This document shows positions 35,293 through 45,434 of a stretch of DNA of 48,518 bases, piece by piece. The first letter of the stretch is position 1; each line of letters begins with the position of its first letter. The DNA comes from a virus (taxonomy: Duplodnaviria; Caudoviricetes). Made by a program: the position numbers and the translations under genes. The stretch is taken from positions 1-48,518 of IMG/VR virus record IMGVR_UViG_3300032290_000667. One strand, given 5' to 3'. A model generated the notes under the pieces. It was given only the letters and a program-made list of their open reading frames with translations, had not been told where the DNA came from and made no database searches.

Positions 35293-37494
35293 ATGGCATT
35301 TTCTGCTTCACAATTAGCAATAGCCCTTGAGTTTAACTACACAAACGGGCCAAAAAATTTCAGATTTACAGATAGCTCAAATTATGCTACCGTAGGTGGA
35401 TACACCAACGTGCTAGGTAATTTAAAGGCTGTTGATCCATCAGGACTTCAGTTCTATAACAATACTTCGTATACCACACCAAACATCACTTATAACACGT
35501 CTCACACTTCAGCGTACTTAGGCGCATTGCCTTTGAACACTGATGGAACGGTTAAGACTGGTGACTATACGTTTACATACACAGCTAAGATTTTAAATGC
35601 TCAACAATCTAACTTAATTACATCTAACAACTCAGCTGCAAAAACACTTACAATCTCTGGTGACTATACTTCAGTTATTTTAGATCCATCAGCTGCTAGC
35701 TTTTATTGCGTTGATACGGTTACTACAGCATTAACAATTGTATCTGCTACATATAACGGTTCAACTAACTTAACAACCATAACTGTAACTCAAACTTTGG
35801 GCACATTAACTGCGTTAGCTACATTAACTTACACAGTTAACCAAATCTTTACAAATACATTTGTACAAAACTATAGCTACGTATCACCTACAGTTTGCTT
35901 AAACTGGGTAACAGATGAGTGCTGCTCAAGCATGACAATCACCGACGTTACAGTTTATCCAGCTGCGGCAACAGTAACTAGAAGCCACACTGTTAGCTAC
36001 CCTGTGGGCATAACTCCTGCTAAAGCTGATATTCTTAGCCCATTGCAAGAGTTAACCATCAATCCAATTTGGACTGGCACTTGGACAGACATATTTATTG
36101 CCGATATTACCAGTACTACTGGAATAATAACTACAATTGATGAAATTAAAGGAGTTAAAGAACACTTAGTGTCTTCAAGCGATAGCTTGTGTCAAGTATA
36201 TGGTTGCTTAACAAACATGGCAACTAAATATGCTGCTTACTTAACTACTGCTCCACAAAAAGCCCTTGAGATGTCTAAATACATTTCTCAAGCTTCAGCT
36301 GCTTACATGGCATACACAGTAGGTAAGCAATGTGGTAAACCAGACTATGAGCAATACTTAACAATTATCAGCGACATTGCAAATACTTGCGGCTGTGGTT
36401 GTGATTGTGCAGATTGCGCTGATGGATTGCCTCAAGAAGTTGTAGGCTGCTGCCAAAACGTAGGTGGTTCAGACTACACAATCGCAATGACTTCAACCCC
36501 TAGTGGTTCAATTGCAATAAGTGCAACTACAGTTGGGACTACCACTACATTTAACATTGAGGTAAATGGAACTTGGTTGACAACTCAAATGAATACATTC
36601 ATTGGAGCAACTAGCATCAATGCATTAAGTGATGTAAACACTGGTAATATTGCTAGCGTTACAGGTCAAACTTTGATTTGGAATCAAGGTTTAGGTCAGT
36701 GGCAAAGAGGTTTACCTCAGTTGGCTTTGGTTAACTTAACTGATGTAAATAGCACAGGATTATCTGATCAAAAAGTGTTATATTGGGACGCAACAACTTC
36801 TTCATTTAAGTTTAAGTTAATTGCCTCTCCATCAATTGCCAATTGCACTGATGTAACTTTAACATCTTTAACTAACGGCCAAATATTAAAATGGAATGGC
36901 ACTGCTTGGATTAACGCTAATAACTTATTTGCCTCATTAGGCGATGTAAACGTTGGAGGTGTTGTTAACGGTCAATCAGTGAAATGGGATAGCGGCACAT
37001 CTAAATGGATTGTATACACTCCACCTACAACATTGGCTGCATTAAGCGATGTATCAATTTCTGGTTTAGCCAATGGTGACAGATTGCAGTATGTGACAGG
37101 TACAGGTTGGAAGAATGTTGCTCAACCTTCATTTGCAGCTATACCACCTGGTAATTTTGCATCTGGTTTTGGAAATTCAGCTGTTGGTTTTCATCAAGCA
37201 TCATATAAATTTGATCCCCTAACCAATACAACATATTTAAGAGGTGTTATTAGCAATTCAAATCCAGCTATTGCAACTGTAGGCGTTTTATTATGCACTT
37301 TACCATCTGGATATTGGCCTTCATCTCCTGTTAATCTTATAACAACTGTAGGTATCAATAGCACTAATTATATGGCATTTGGCGTAATAAATTCATTAGG
37401 TCAATTAATAATTTACAGATATTATGACGCTACTGGGGTTATCCAAGGTGGCTTGCCAACTGGCGACATTAGCATTGACGGTATATACTTTTAA
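35293..37494 (+). CDS. virion structural / fibre protein
   Basis: Thr-rich beta domains, Cys-rich segment, five L.DV...GQ.L.W repeats. Confidence 0.7.
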   Translation: MAFSASQLAIALEFNYTNGPKNFRFTDSSNYATVGGYTNVLGNLKAVDPSGLQFYNNTSYTTPNITYNTSHTSAYLGALPLNTDGTVKTGDYTFTYTAKILNAQQSNLITSNNSAAKTLTISGDYTSVILDPSAASFYCVDTVTTALTIVSATYNGSTNLTTITVTQTLGTLTALATLTYTVNQIFTNTFVQNYSYVSPTVCLNWVTDECCSSMTITDVTVYPAAATVTRSHTVSYPVGITPAKADILSPLQELTINPIWTGTWTDIFIADITSTTGIITTIDEIKGVKEHLVSSSDSLCQVYGCLTNMATKYAAYLTTAPQKALEMSKYISQASAAYMAYTVGKQCGKPDYEQYLTIISDIANTCGCGCDCADCADGLPQEVVGCCQNVGGSDYTIAMTSTPSGSIAISATTVGTTTTFNIEVNGTWLTTQMNTFIGATSINALSDVNTGNIASVTGQTLIWNQGLGQWQRGLPQLALVNLTDVNSTGLSDQKVLYWDATTSSFKFKLIASPSIANCTDVTLTSLTNGQILKWNGTAWINANNLFASLGDVNVGGVVNGQSVKWDSGTSKWIVYTPPTTLAALSDVSISGLANGDRLQYVTGTGWKNVAQPSFAAIPPGNFASGFGNSAVGFHQASYKFDPLTNTTYLRGVISNSNPAIATVGVLLCTLPSGYWPSSPVNLITTVGINSTNYMAFGVINSLGQLIIYRYYDATGVIQGGLPTGDISIDGIYF

Positions 37495-37497
37495 TAA

Positions 37498-38181
37498 ATG
37501 AACGTAAATCAAATAAGAGATTGGGTCAACTTTGAGCTTAACAAGCATCAATCAGGGAATACTCTAAACAAAGAGGAGTACAATCTCTGTTTGGCTTGGG
37601 CTAATGCTGAATACTTTAAAATTAAGTATGGCTTACCAGAGGAGTATAGACCAGGTATGCCTTTGCCTAGACAAGCATGGGCTGTGTCTCAAAAAATAAT
37701 AGACGACATGAGAAGATTCTTAGTTGGCAAAGGTGGCAAAAACCTGCCTCAGTTAACTGTAGATATCAACGGTTATGCCGATCTTCCAGACGATTATATT
37801 CACTACAGCTCTATCAGGTATAATGGCAGAGCGGTAGAAACTATTAGCAATGATGTTTTGGGTGACAGACTCCAAAGCAGCATTGTGTACCCAGACAAAA
37901 GTTACCCATTGTGTGTATTTTATGATACATACCTTCAATTTTATCCTAAAGATTTAGGTTATGTAGACTTCGATTATTTAAGAATGCCAATTACTCCTTA
38001 TTGGGATGCTGTCATTGTTGATGATGAGTATGTTTACAAGCCATCTAGCAGCGTTCAATTGGAATGGCCAGATGATACTCACACAGATATTGCTAACTTA
38101 ATTATTAAATACGCAAGTGAAAACATCAGAGATTTTGGAATGACTCAACTTGCTAAACAAAGACAAAACGACGGACAATAA
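37498..38181 (+). CDS. tail ring / tubular protein
   Basis: LPDDY, YLRMP motifs; position in the crAss-like tail module. Confidence 0.6.
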   Translation: MNVNQIRDWVNFELNKHQSGNTLNKEEYNLCLAWANAEYFKIKYGLPEEYRPGMPLPRQAWAVSQKIIDDMRRFLVGKGGKNLPQLTVDINGYADLPDDYIHYSSIRYNGRAVETISNDVLGDRLQSSIVYPDKSYPLCVFYDTYLQFYPKDLGYVDFDYLRMPITPYWDAVIVDDEYVYKPSSSVQLEWPDDTHTDIANLIIKYASENIRDFGMTQLAKQRQNDGQ

Positions 38182-38825
38182 TGACTAAAGCACAATGGAT
38201 AGAATTGATCAAGCGTAACCTAGACGGTGGCGACGCTCCTGCTGAACTTCGTGGACGAAATCACGAAAGAGAGATTGAGCTTTACTTGACAATGGCATTT
38301 GATACTGTACTAAACAGAAAGCAAACACAAACTCAAGAGATGCTTGCTGACATGGGCAAAGACTCATGGAGATACGATTCATTAACCAAGTCGTTTGTCT
38401 TAGACATCTTAGAGGATACCACTAGAAACAGATACTACTCTACACTTCCAGTGACCGTTATGTCAATTATTAATAACAACGGTATTAGAATGATCACACC
38501 GACTCAAGACGAGGGTGTAGCGTTCTTCCCAAGATGGCAAACAGATACATTCTTGATGGATGGATTAGACGTTAACCAAATGGTTGGTCTAATTTATTAT
38601 ACACTAGAAGGCAAGAAGCTATACTACTCTGGTGACATTGATTGTCATTGGAAGCAAGTATTGGCTAAGTTGGTTTTAAAGTTTAATGAATTTGAATTAA
38701 CTGACGATATAGTAGTTCCTGATGGTAAGGAACTTGAAATAGTTCAAGTTACATTAGGATTAATGGGTGCTAAGGCTCCGATGGATATTGTTGACGACGG
38801 CACAGCAATACAAACAACTAAATAA
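38181..38825 (+). CDS. tail ring protein
   Basis: 214 aa, coupled within the tail module. Confidence 0.5.
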   Translation: MTKAQWIELIKRNLDGGDAPAELRGRNHEREIELYLTMAFDTVLNRKQTQTQEMLADMGKDSWRYDSLTKSFVLDILEDTTRNRYYSTLPVTVMSIINNNGIRMITPTQDEGVAFFPRWQTDTFLMDGLDVNQMVGLIYYTLEGKKLYYSGDIDCHWKQVLAKLVLKFNEFELTDDIVVPDGKELEIVQVTLGLMGAKAPMDIVDDGTAIQTTK

Positions 38826-38830
38826 ACGAA

Positions 38831-39589
38831 ATGGCGAACCAAGTAACATCATATTTAACTCTTATACAAGTAGTTAAGGCTTTCATGAATGAAAGAGGTG
38901 AGAAGACTCTTACCAACATGGAAAAGTATATCCAAATGGCTATAGAAGGCTATAGTGATATGCAATTGTTTGAAATAAACACAATTGATGTTGCCTACTT
39001 AACGGTTAACCCAGATACATTAACAGCCGAGCTACCAACTGACTTTGTTACAATGACAAAGATAGGTGTTAAGGTTGGTGACAGAATGTGGACCCTTACA
39101 ATGAATAATGACATAATTATTCCAAGACCAGAGACAATCTGCCCACTGCCAATTGAAGATGTTAATGAACAAACAATGATTGAGGGCGGATACTTCTTTG
39201 CTCCTCACTACAGATACGGTAGATACACAAACACTCTTTATGGTGTTGGTGGTGGTTTTAATATAGCCTACTACAGAATAGACATGAACCGTCGTGTGAT
39301 TTACTTCCACGGCAATGTGCCTAACAACGAGGTTATATTAGAATACAAATCAAGCGGAGTAAAAGCTGGCGGAGCATTAGTTCCAAGAGATGCAGCTCCT
39401 GCACTAAAAGCATATCTTCATTGGAAGACAGCTGAATATGACTTCAGAATCCCAATGAACGAGAAAATGAGAAAAGAACAATTGTACGACAAAGAGCTAT
39501 ATAAGTTAAAGACTATTGAGTGTTCATTTAATATTACTGAATACCTTGACAACCAATATGCTACAATGTCTCAAGCACCTAAGCGTTAA
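38831..39589 (+). CDS. tail ring protein
   Basis: LPTDFV..TKI, VILEYKSSG; precedes the stabilization protein. Confidence 0.55.
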   Translation: MANQVTSYLTLIQVVKAFMNERGEKTLTNMEKYIQMAIEGYSDMQLFEINTIDVAYLTVNPDTLTAELPTDFVTMTKIGVKVGDRMWTLTMNNDIIIPRPETICPLPIEDVNEQTMIEGGYFFAPHYRYGRYTNTLYGVGGGFNIAYYRIDMNRRVIYFHGNVPNNEVILEYKSSGVKAGGALVPRDAAPALKAYLHWKTAEYDFRIPMNEKMRKEQLYDKELYKLKTIECSFNITEYLDNQYATMSQAPKR

Positions 39590-42500
39590 TGAAAGATCTA
39601 AGAGCATTTACTGGAGGATTAGACTACGACTCTGATTACAGATTGGTAGGACCGACGGACTACGTCGATGCAATAAACGTAACCACTGGTACGTCTGCAA
39701 AAGGTAGTTTAAAGAATATGTTTGGAAACGTAGAGATAAACTTTACGCTTCCAGACGGTGACAATACCTGTATCGGATCGCTTAGAAATATCAAGGCAAA
39801 CTCAATAATTTATTTCGTATACAACTCACTAGGCAATCATTCTATTTTAGAGTATATGTGCGAAACCAAAATTGTTGAGCCAATATTAACACCAGTTGCA
39901 TCTATACCTTTTACAACAAATTTTCTTGGTTTTACAAAAGAAAATAAAATCCATTCATCTAACATTGTTGACGATATTTTAACTTGGACAGATAACAATG
40001 TATCTCCTAGGAAAATAAATGTAAAAAGCGCTAAAGAATTTTTAGCACAATTGCCACCAAGTGCAGCAACTCACCCGTACGACAATTTAATAGCCACAGG
40101 CACAGACGCTCAAAAAGTTCAATTTATTGAATTTATTAAATACAAACCATCTATCCCTCCTTCAATTGAATCTCTTTTTAACCCAGCTAGAAAAACTAGT
40201 TATATAAAAGAAAAGATGATACAGGCTAAATATAGATATATTTATGACGACAATGAATATTCTAGATGGAGCACTGGTTCAATTACTTCATATCCTGGCT
40301 TAGAAAATGCTACTGGTGAATTGCCAAATAGCAACAACTATATTAAAGTAGGATACAATACAGGACATCCAACTGTAAGAGAAATAGAAATAGCCGTAAG
40401 ATTTGGGAATACTGGTGTTTGGGGTAAAATAGACACGCCTATAAAAAAATACGATCAAAATAATCAAAGGGTTTTAAACGACTACACTGATTATTACTTT
40501 GATTTTTATAATGACTCTGTTTTAATAGAACTGGCTGAAGATTTTAATAATTATGACTCAGTACCACAAGTTTCAAAAACTCAAGAAATAATAGATGGCA
40601 ATAGAATAATATTTGCAAATAACGTTGAAGGGTATGAAAACCCAAATATGTCAGTTGAATTAGACGTGACAACTAATGTTGTAAATATAGAGGAAGCGTC
40701 TATTCCAATTGGGTCCGTTGTGCCACCGTCTGGATCAAATACTTTTTATTACACTGGGGCTTCGTCCGATGTATTTGACTTATACATACCAGTTATAAAA
40801 CCAAGCTACATTGTAGTTGGATCAACAATAAGGTTTAAATTTAGAGTATACGACTCAACAGTATCATACGAAAAGTTTTATGATATTTCATATGTAATAA
40901 CTTATGATGATATAGCTGGCTATCCTTCTATGTTAGCTGAGCATTTAATGGAGGTTATTGCTTCTGCAACAGGCATAACTACTTATTCATTTGGCCAGTA
41001 TAGTACAACTTATTGGTTTGTGTCTATTGGTAAGGCTGGTGATGGTGAATATATCGATGTAAATTTAGCAACAATTACACCGCCTCTAAAAAAGATCCCA
41101 TCTTTTAAAAAGGGAGCCAACCATGTATTTGGCATTGTTTACAGAGATGCTCAAGGTAGGGATGGCGGTGTTGTGACTGGCGATTATATGTCTATATATA
41201 ATCCTTATTTACCAGAATCAAATCCATCTGCTACCGTAAACAACAAAGTAGCATATAAGTCTAGTATTAATGTATCTATTTCAAATCAACCGCCAATTTG
41301 GGCTCATTCGTATGAAATAGTTTATGGCTTAAGCGATATACAAAAATATACACAATTTTTAATCAAAGGATTGTCTGCACCAAATGCACAAGGTAATTAT
41401 AGCATTGACTGTAGTTATATAATAGACTACATTACAAAAGAAAGGGTAACCACATCGGTTGATTTTCAATTTGAAACAGGAGATATTTTAAGATTTATAT
41501 CTAATGCTCAAAAAAATGTGCCATCTTATACAGAGGTAAAAGTACTATCTTTTGACACTACTACAAACATATTAACAGTAGCTCCATTCTCTAGAAGCGT
41601 TATGGAAACTGGTATGACTGTTGGGACTACTGAGGGAATGCTTGTTGAGCTTTATAGCATAAAACAAAAATCAAGTTTAACAATTAGACCATATTTTTCA
41701 TTTGGAAAAGTGTTTGAAGTACTCAATGCAGGAACAGCAAATAGAGTACACGCAGGTGACATTGATCAAGATTTAACCACAGGTACTCCAGCTGAAGTGC
41801 TTATGGATAGAGGCGATTGTTATATTTATAGGAGAATATTTAAAAACAACACCTTATTAACTGTTGTGGAATCTGAAAATTATTCAGATTTTTATAGTTC
41901 ACAAAACATAGACATATCATCTGTTTATGGTGTAATACCAAACGGTAAGACAACTAGATATGAGCATGGATTAAGATATGGCGGGAGGTATTTCCCTAAC
42001 ACCAATATAAACAATTTGTGTCAATTCAACGGTGAGGATTATGATACATTAACCGCAAGGTACGGACCAATTAATAAGGTTGCTACCGTTGGGTATGTAT
42101 TAAAGGTTCTTCAAACTAAAAAGAATACATCTATTTATATTAATAGAAGTATGATATTTAATGCCAATGGAGATGATCAATTAACATTGACAGATAAAGT
42201 ATTAGGAAACAAAAACCCAAGCGAGTTGGACTTTGGTTGCGAGCATCCTGAAAGCGTTTGTGTTGATGATAGACAATTGTATTTTTACGATGTAAACAAT
42301 GGAGCTTTTATCCAAGATGCGGCTAACGGTATGGTTCCTGTTTCTGAATACAAGGCTAAAACCTATTTTAGGAATATATCTGATAAGATTAAAAACAATC
42401 CAAACATATATGTATATGCAGGTGTTGATAACTTTAATAATTATATAAATGTTAGCTTTGTTGACACTAATGAAGTTCCATTAATTGAGGATCAGACTAT

Positions 42501-43035
42501 AGTTTACCACCCAATTGACAACAGATGGAAATCTAGAATGTCTTATTCTCCAGAATATTATGGTAGCAATGCCTTAGTGTTTGTGTCTTTTATGAATGGT
42601 AAGCTATATGAACACAATAGAATTGATGCCCCTAGATGTAATTACTATGGCAATCAACACTCAATGAAGGTTAAGCTAGTGTCTAACAAAGACTACCCTA
42701 AAGTAAAAGTATACACCTCAATTGCAGTATATGCTGATAAGACATTTAGTTCTCCAGTTCTAGGCGACATCTCAATTGAGCCAAGTGTTAACTACCCTAA
42801 CGGTATGGAGTCTAGGCTTGTAGAGGCTAAGTGGAGATGGAAGGAAGGTGTGTTGTATGCTCAGTACTTAAGAGATGGCTTAACTCCTAACTTCCCAACA
42901 GTTGACGAGGCTATTATGGGTGGTCGTAAATTAAGAGGCGAAACACTGGTTCAACAAATAGAAAACACAGACACAGATGAGGCTACATTGTACTCGGTAA
43001 TTGTGCACGGTGTGGACAGTGAATTGAGCAAATAA
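39589..43035 (+). CDS. tail stabilization (muzzle, P22 gp10-like) protein
   Basis: FTGGLDYD...YVDAINV, WTDN...PRKINV, YRYIYDDNEYS, NRIIFAN, FG.EHPES, WKEG..YA, G.KLRG. Confidence 0.75.
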   Translation: MKDLRAFTGGLDYDSDYRLVGPTDYVDAINVTTGTSAKGSLKNMFGNVEINFTLPDGDNTCIGSLRNIKANSIIYFVYNSLGNHSILEYMCETKIVEPILTPVASIPFTTNFLGFTKENKIHSSNIVDDILTWTDNNVSPRKINVKSAKEFLAQLPPSAATHPYDNLIATGTDAQKVQFIEFIKYKPSIPPSIESLFNPARKTSYIKEKMIQAKYRYIYDDNEYSRWSTGSITSYPGLENATGELPNSNNYIKVGYNTGHPTVREIEIAVRFGNTGVWGKIDTPIKKYDQNNQRVLNDYTDYYFDFYNDSVLIELAEDFNNYDSVPQVSKTQEIIDGNRIIFANNVEGYENPNMSVELDVTTNVVNIEEASIPIGSVVPPSGSNTFYYTGASSDVFDLYIPVIKPSYIVVGSTIRFKFRVYDSTVSYEKFYDISYVITYDDIAGYPSMLAEHLMEVIASATGITTYSFGQYSTTYWFVSIGKAGDGEYIDVNLATITPPLKKIPSFKKGANHVFGIVYRDAQGRDGGVVTGDYMSIYNPYLPESNPSATVNNKVAYKSSINVSISNQPPIWAHSYEIVYGLSDIQKYTQFLIKGLSAPNAQGNYSIDCSYIIDYITKERVTTSVDFQFETGDILRFISNAQKNVPSYTEVKVLSFDTTTNILTVAPFSRSVMETGMTVGTTEGMLVELYSIKQKSSLTIRPYFSFGKVFEVLNAGTANRVHAGDIDQDLTTGTPAEVLMDRGDCYIYRRIFKNNTLLTVVESENYSDFYSSQNIDISSVYGVIPNGKTTRYEHGLRYGGRYFPNTNINNLCQFNGEDYDTLTARYGPINKVATVGYVLKVLQTKKNTSIYINRSMIFNANGDDQLTLTDKVLGNKNPSELDFGCEHPESVCVDDRQLYFYDVNNGAFIQDAANGMVPVSEYKAKTYFRNISDKIKNNPNIYVYAGVDNFNNYINVSFVDTNEVPLIEDQTIVYHPIDNRWKSRMSYSPEYYGSNALVFVSFMNGKLYEHNRIDAPRCNYYGNQHSMKVKLVSNKDYPKVKVYTSIAVYADKTFSSPVLGDISIEPSVNYPNGMESRLVEAKWRWKEGVLYAQYLRDGLTPNFPTVDEAIMGGRKLRGETLVQQIENTDTDEATLYSVIVHGVDSELSK

Positions 43036-43090
43036 TTTAAACAAGAGTATAATAAATTCATTACTTTTGTAAAATAAACGATTTATTACT

Positions 43091-43978
43091 ATGGATCCAG
43101 TTACAATGATGTTGTTAGCTCAAGCAATCCCAGCAGGGATTCAGCTAGCCAAATCTTATAAGCAATCTCAACAAGCTAAAGAGTTAGAGAAGGTTGGAAG
43201 ACCAAAATATGAGATTCCTGAAGCTGTTCAACAACAAGTTAATCAAGCTAGATACCTAGCTGGCATGAGAGAGCTTCCTGGGCAAAACTTAATGGAAGCT
43301 AAATTGGGTCAAAACACCGCTAAAGGTATTTCTCAATTACAAAATGCTTCAGCTAATTCAGCTGACTTGGCTTCAAACATAGCAAGATTATATGGCGCTC
43401 AAAATGAGGGTGTTCAAAATATTGGCTTAAAAGCTGGCCAAAACTGGCTAGGTCAACAAGGCCAATTAAGCAATGCGTTGAGAATGCTGGGTCAATATCA
43501 AAACCAACAATGGGATTACAACCAAAAGCAACCATACGAAGAGGCCAAAGCAGCTGAAGCGGCATTAAGAGAAGCATCATTCAGAAACTTAGCAGCAGCT
43601 TCAACAGGTATTGCAAGCGGTATCAGCGGTGCAGCAAATATGCAATATCAAGATGACAGGTTTAATAAATTGTTAGCAGCTGGAGCTTATAATCAGTATC
43701 CAAGCTATACAACAAATACTACAACTAACACTAGTTCTAATCCTCTTCAATATACAACTGCGCCAGAAGTAAATCTACCATCACGTGGATATGATTTTTA
43801 TGGTCAACAAAATAAATACGCTCCAACTCCTGGGCCTTTTGATTATACTACAGATTTAGAAATAAGTTTCCCAAAAAGAGGATATTATTCTGATGGTGTT
43901 ACTCCAATAAGAAATGATTTTTATGGTATGCAGGCTACGGGAAAATCATGGGACCCAATTGCAAAGAGGTTTAAATAA
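43091..43978 (+). CDS. internal virion / ejection protein candidate
   Basis: MDPVT start, Ala/Gln/Gly-rich helical sequence, after the tail genes; promoter TACTTTTG 43062-43069. Confidence 0.55.
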   Translation: MDPVTMMLLAQAIPAGIQLAKSYKQSQQAKELEKVGRPKYEIPEAVQQQVNQARYLAGMRELPGQNLMEAKLGQNTAKGISQLQNASANSADLASNIARLYGAQNEGVQNIGLKAGQNWLGQQGQLSNALRMLGQYQNQQWDYNQKQPYEEAKAAEAALREASFRNLAAASTGIASGISGAANMQYQDDRFNKLLAAGAYNQYPSYTTNTTTNTSSNPLQYTTAPEVNLPSRGYDFYGQQNKYAPTPGPFDYTTDLEISFPKRGYYSDGVTPIRNDFYGMQATGKSWDPIAKRFK

Positions 43979-43986
43979 TATCAATA

Positions 43987-45432
43987 ATGTTAGACGGTAA
44001 AGGTTTAGTATATCAAAAACGAGCAGGCACAGGTTCGGCAGTTTACACAGGCCCAGCTGCTCAAATAGGAGCAAATCCTTTAGATGTCCTTGCTAATCAA
44101 ATTAGAGCGGAAGGCAAAGCTAAAGCAGCAAATGACGCTAAAACAAAAGCGGCTAATCTTAAGACCTTAAATGTAGACTTAGAAGGTTGGGACTTTGACA
44201 ATAAGAGATATTTTGCTCAAATGGAAGACCAACTTAAAAAAGAAGGAGCTGCAATATCTTTAGTAAAAGATATAAACAATTTAGCGGACGATCAGGTTGC
44301 TGATTGGCATAAAAGAGTTGACAAATGGGAAAAAGCAGCTAAAGCATCAGCCAATCAAGGTGAGATGTATAAAGCTTTAATAGACACAGCCGCAAAGGAT
44401 CCAGACAAATATGATTTAGAAGCGACTATGATAGGGGGCAAGGAGTATCTGTATATGACTCCTGACAAAAGATTAGAAATAGACCCACAAACATTATTGG
44501 TTCGTAGATATGATCCATACGGCCCTATAGAAGGTTTAAATGTTGAATCGTTTGGAGGCACAACTGCTTGGAGAGGTTTAACTAGCTTTAGCGAAAAGAA
44601 AAGTTTAAATGCTAAGCAATTAAGAGAAGAGATTAAGTCAAGAGTTAACAACCCAGAAAATATTAAGTTTTATAATTACAATAAAGAAAGATTGGGCTTT
44701 GAAACTCTTAAGGACTACGAAGACTACTTATATAGGTATAAGAAAAATCAGTTTGTTGGCGATAATAGAGGCGGTATTATTGATACTGGAAAATCATACG
44801 GTTGGAGCGATAGCGATTACGAAACAAACGTTGCTAATAGCGCACCTTTAAAAGTTAATTCAGCTATGTCACTTTACACTGGATGGTATGGCGAGCCAAC
44901 AGATATCTATTTGCATAATGCTCAAGGCGTTAATGGTGTAAATTTGGTTATCCCTGGATCCGAAGCTCTTAGTCTATCTAAAAATTACAAAGGTATCGGT
45001 CCTTTAGAAAAACAAGGTAACTATGAATTAAATGAAGCTAATATGGCTATTGCCTTAGTAAGGACTGATAATGGTCAGCTTATGGGTATAAATAAACAGC
45101 CAATACTAAAAACTTCGACCTTTAATTTACCTGGTAGTGATGGGAAAATGGTTACATACACAGCCAAAGAAGCGTTTGATAAAGGCTTAGTAAAATACAT
45201 TCCAGTTATACAAGGTAACGGTAAATATTCCGAAGATGGTGAAATTAAATACGAACCTATTGTAGCTGAGGCTGATAAATTTATAACACCAGACATGGTG
45301 CAAAGATCGGCTGCTGAGAACGATGCTTACAAAAAATATGAAGCATTGAAAAAACAAGCTGATAAGTATAACGAGGAGAATAAGACTAAAGGAGATAAAT
45401 CTAACGAGTATCGAAAGAAATATGAGTATTAA
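43987..45432 (+). CDS. internal virion / ejection protein candidate
   Basis: 481 aa between ejection-like genes. Confidence 0.5.
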   Translation: MLDGKGLVYQKRAGTGSAVYTGPAAQIGANPLDVLANQIRAEGKAKAANDAKTKAANLKTLNVDLEGWDFDNKRYFAQMEDQLKKEGAAISLVKDINNLADDQVADWHKRVDKWEKAAKASANQGEMYKALIDTAAKDPDKYDLEATMIGGKEYLYMTPDKRLEIDPQTLLVRRYDPYGPIEGLNVESFGGTTAWRGLTSFSEKKSLNAKQLREEIKSRVNNPENIKFYNYNKERLGFETLKDYEDYLYRYKKNQFVGDNRGGIIDTGKSYGWSDSDYETNVANSAPLKVNSAMSLYTGWYGEPTDIYLHNAQGVNGVNLVIPGSEALSLSKNYKGIGPLEKQGNYELNEANMAIALVRTDNGQLMGINKQPILKTSTFNLPGSDGKMVTYTAKEAFDKGLVKYIPVIQGNGKYSEDGEIKYEPIVAEADKFITPDMVQRSAAENDAYKKYEALKKQADKYNEENKTKGDKSNEYRKKYEY

Positions 45433-45434
45433 TT

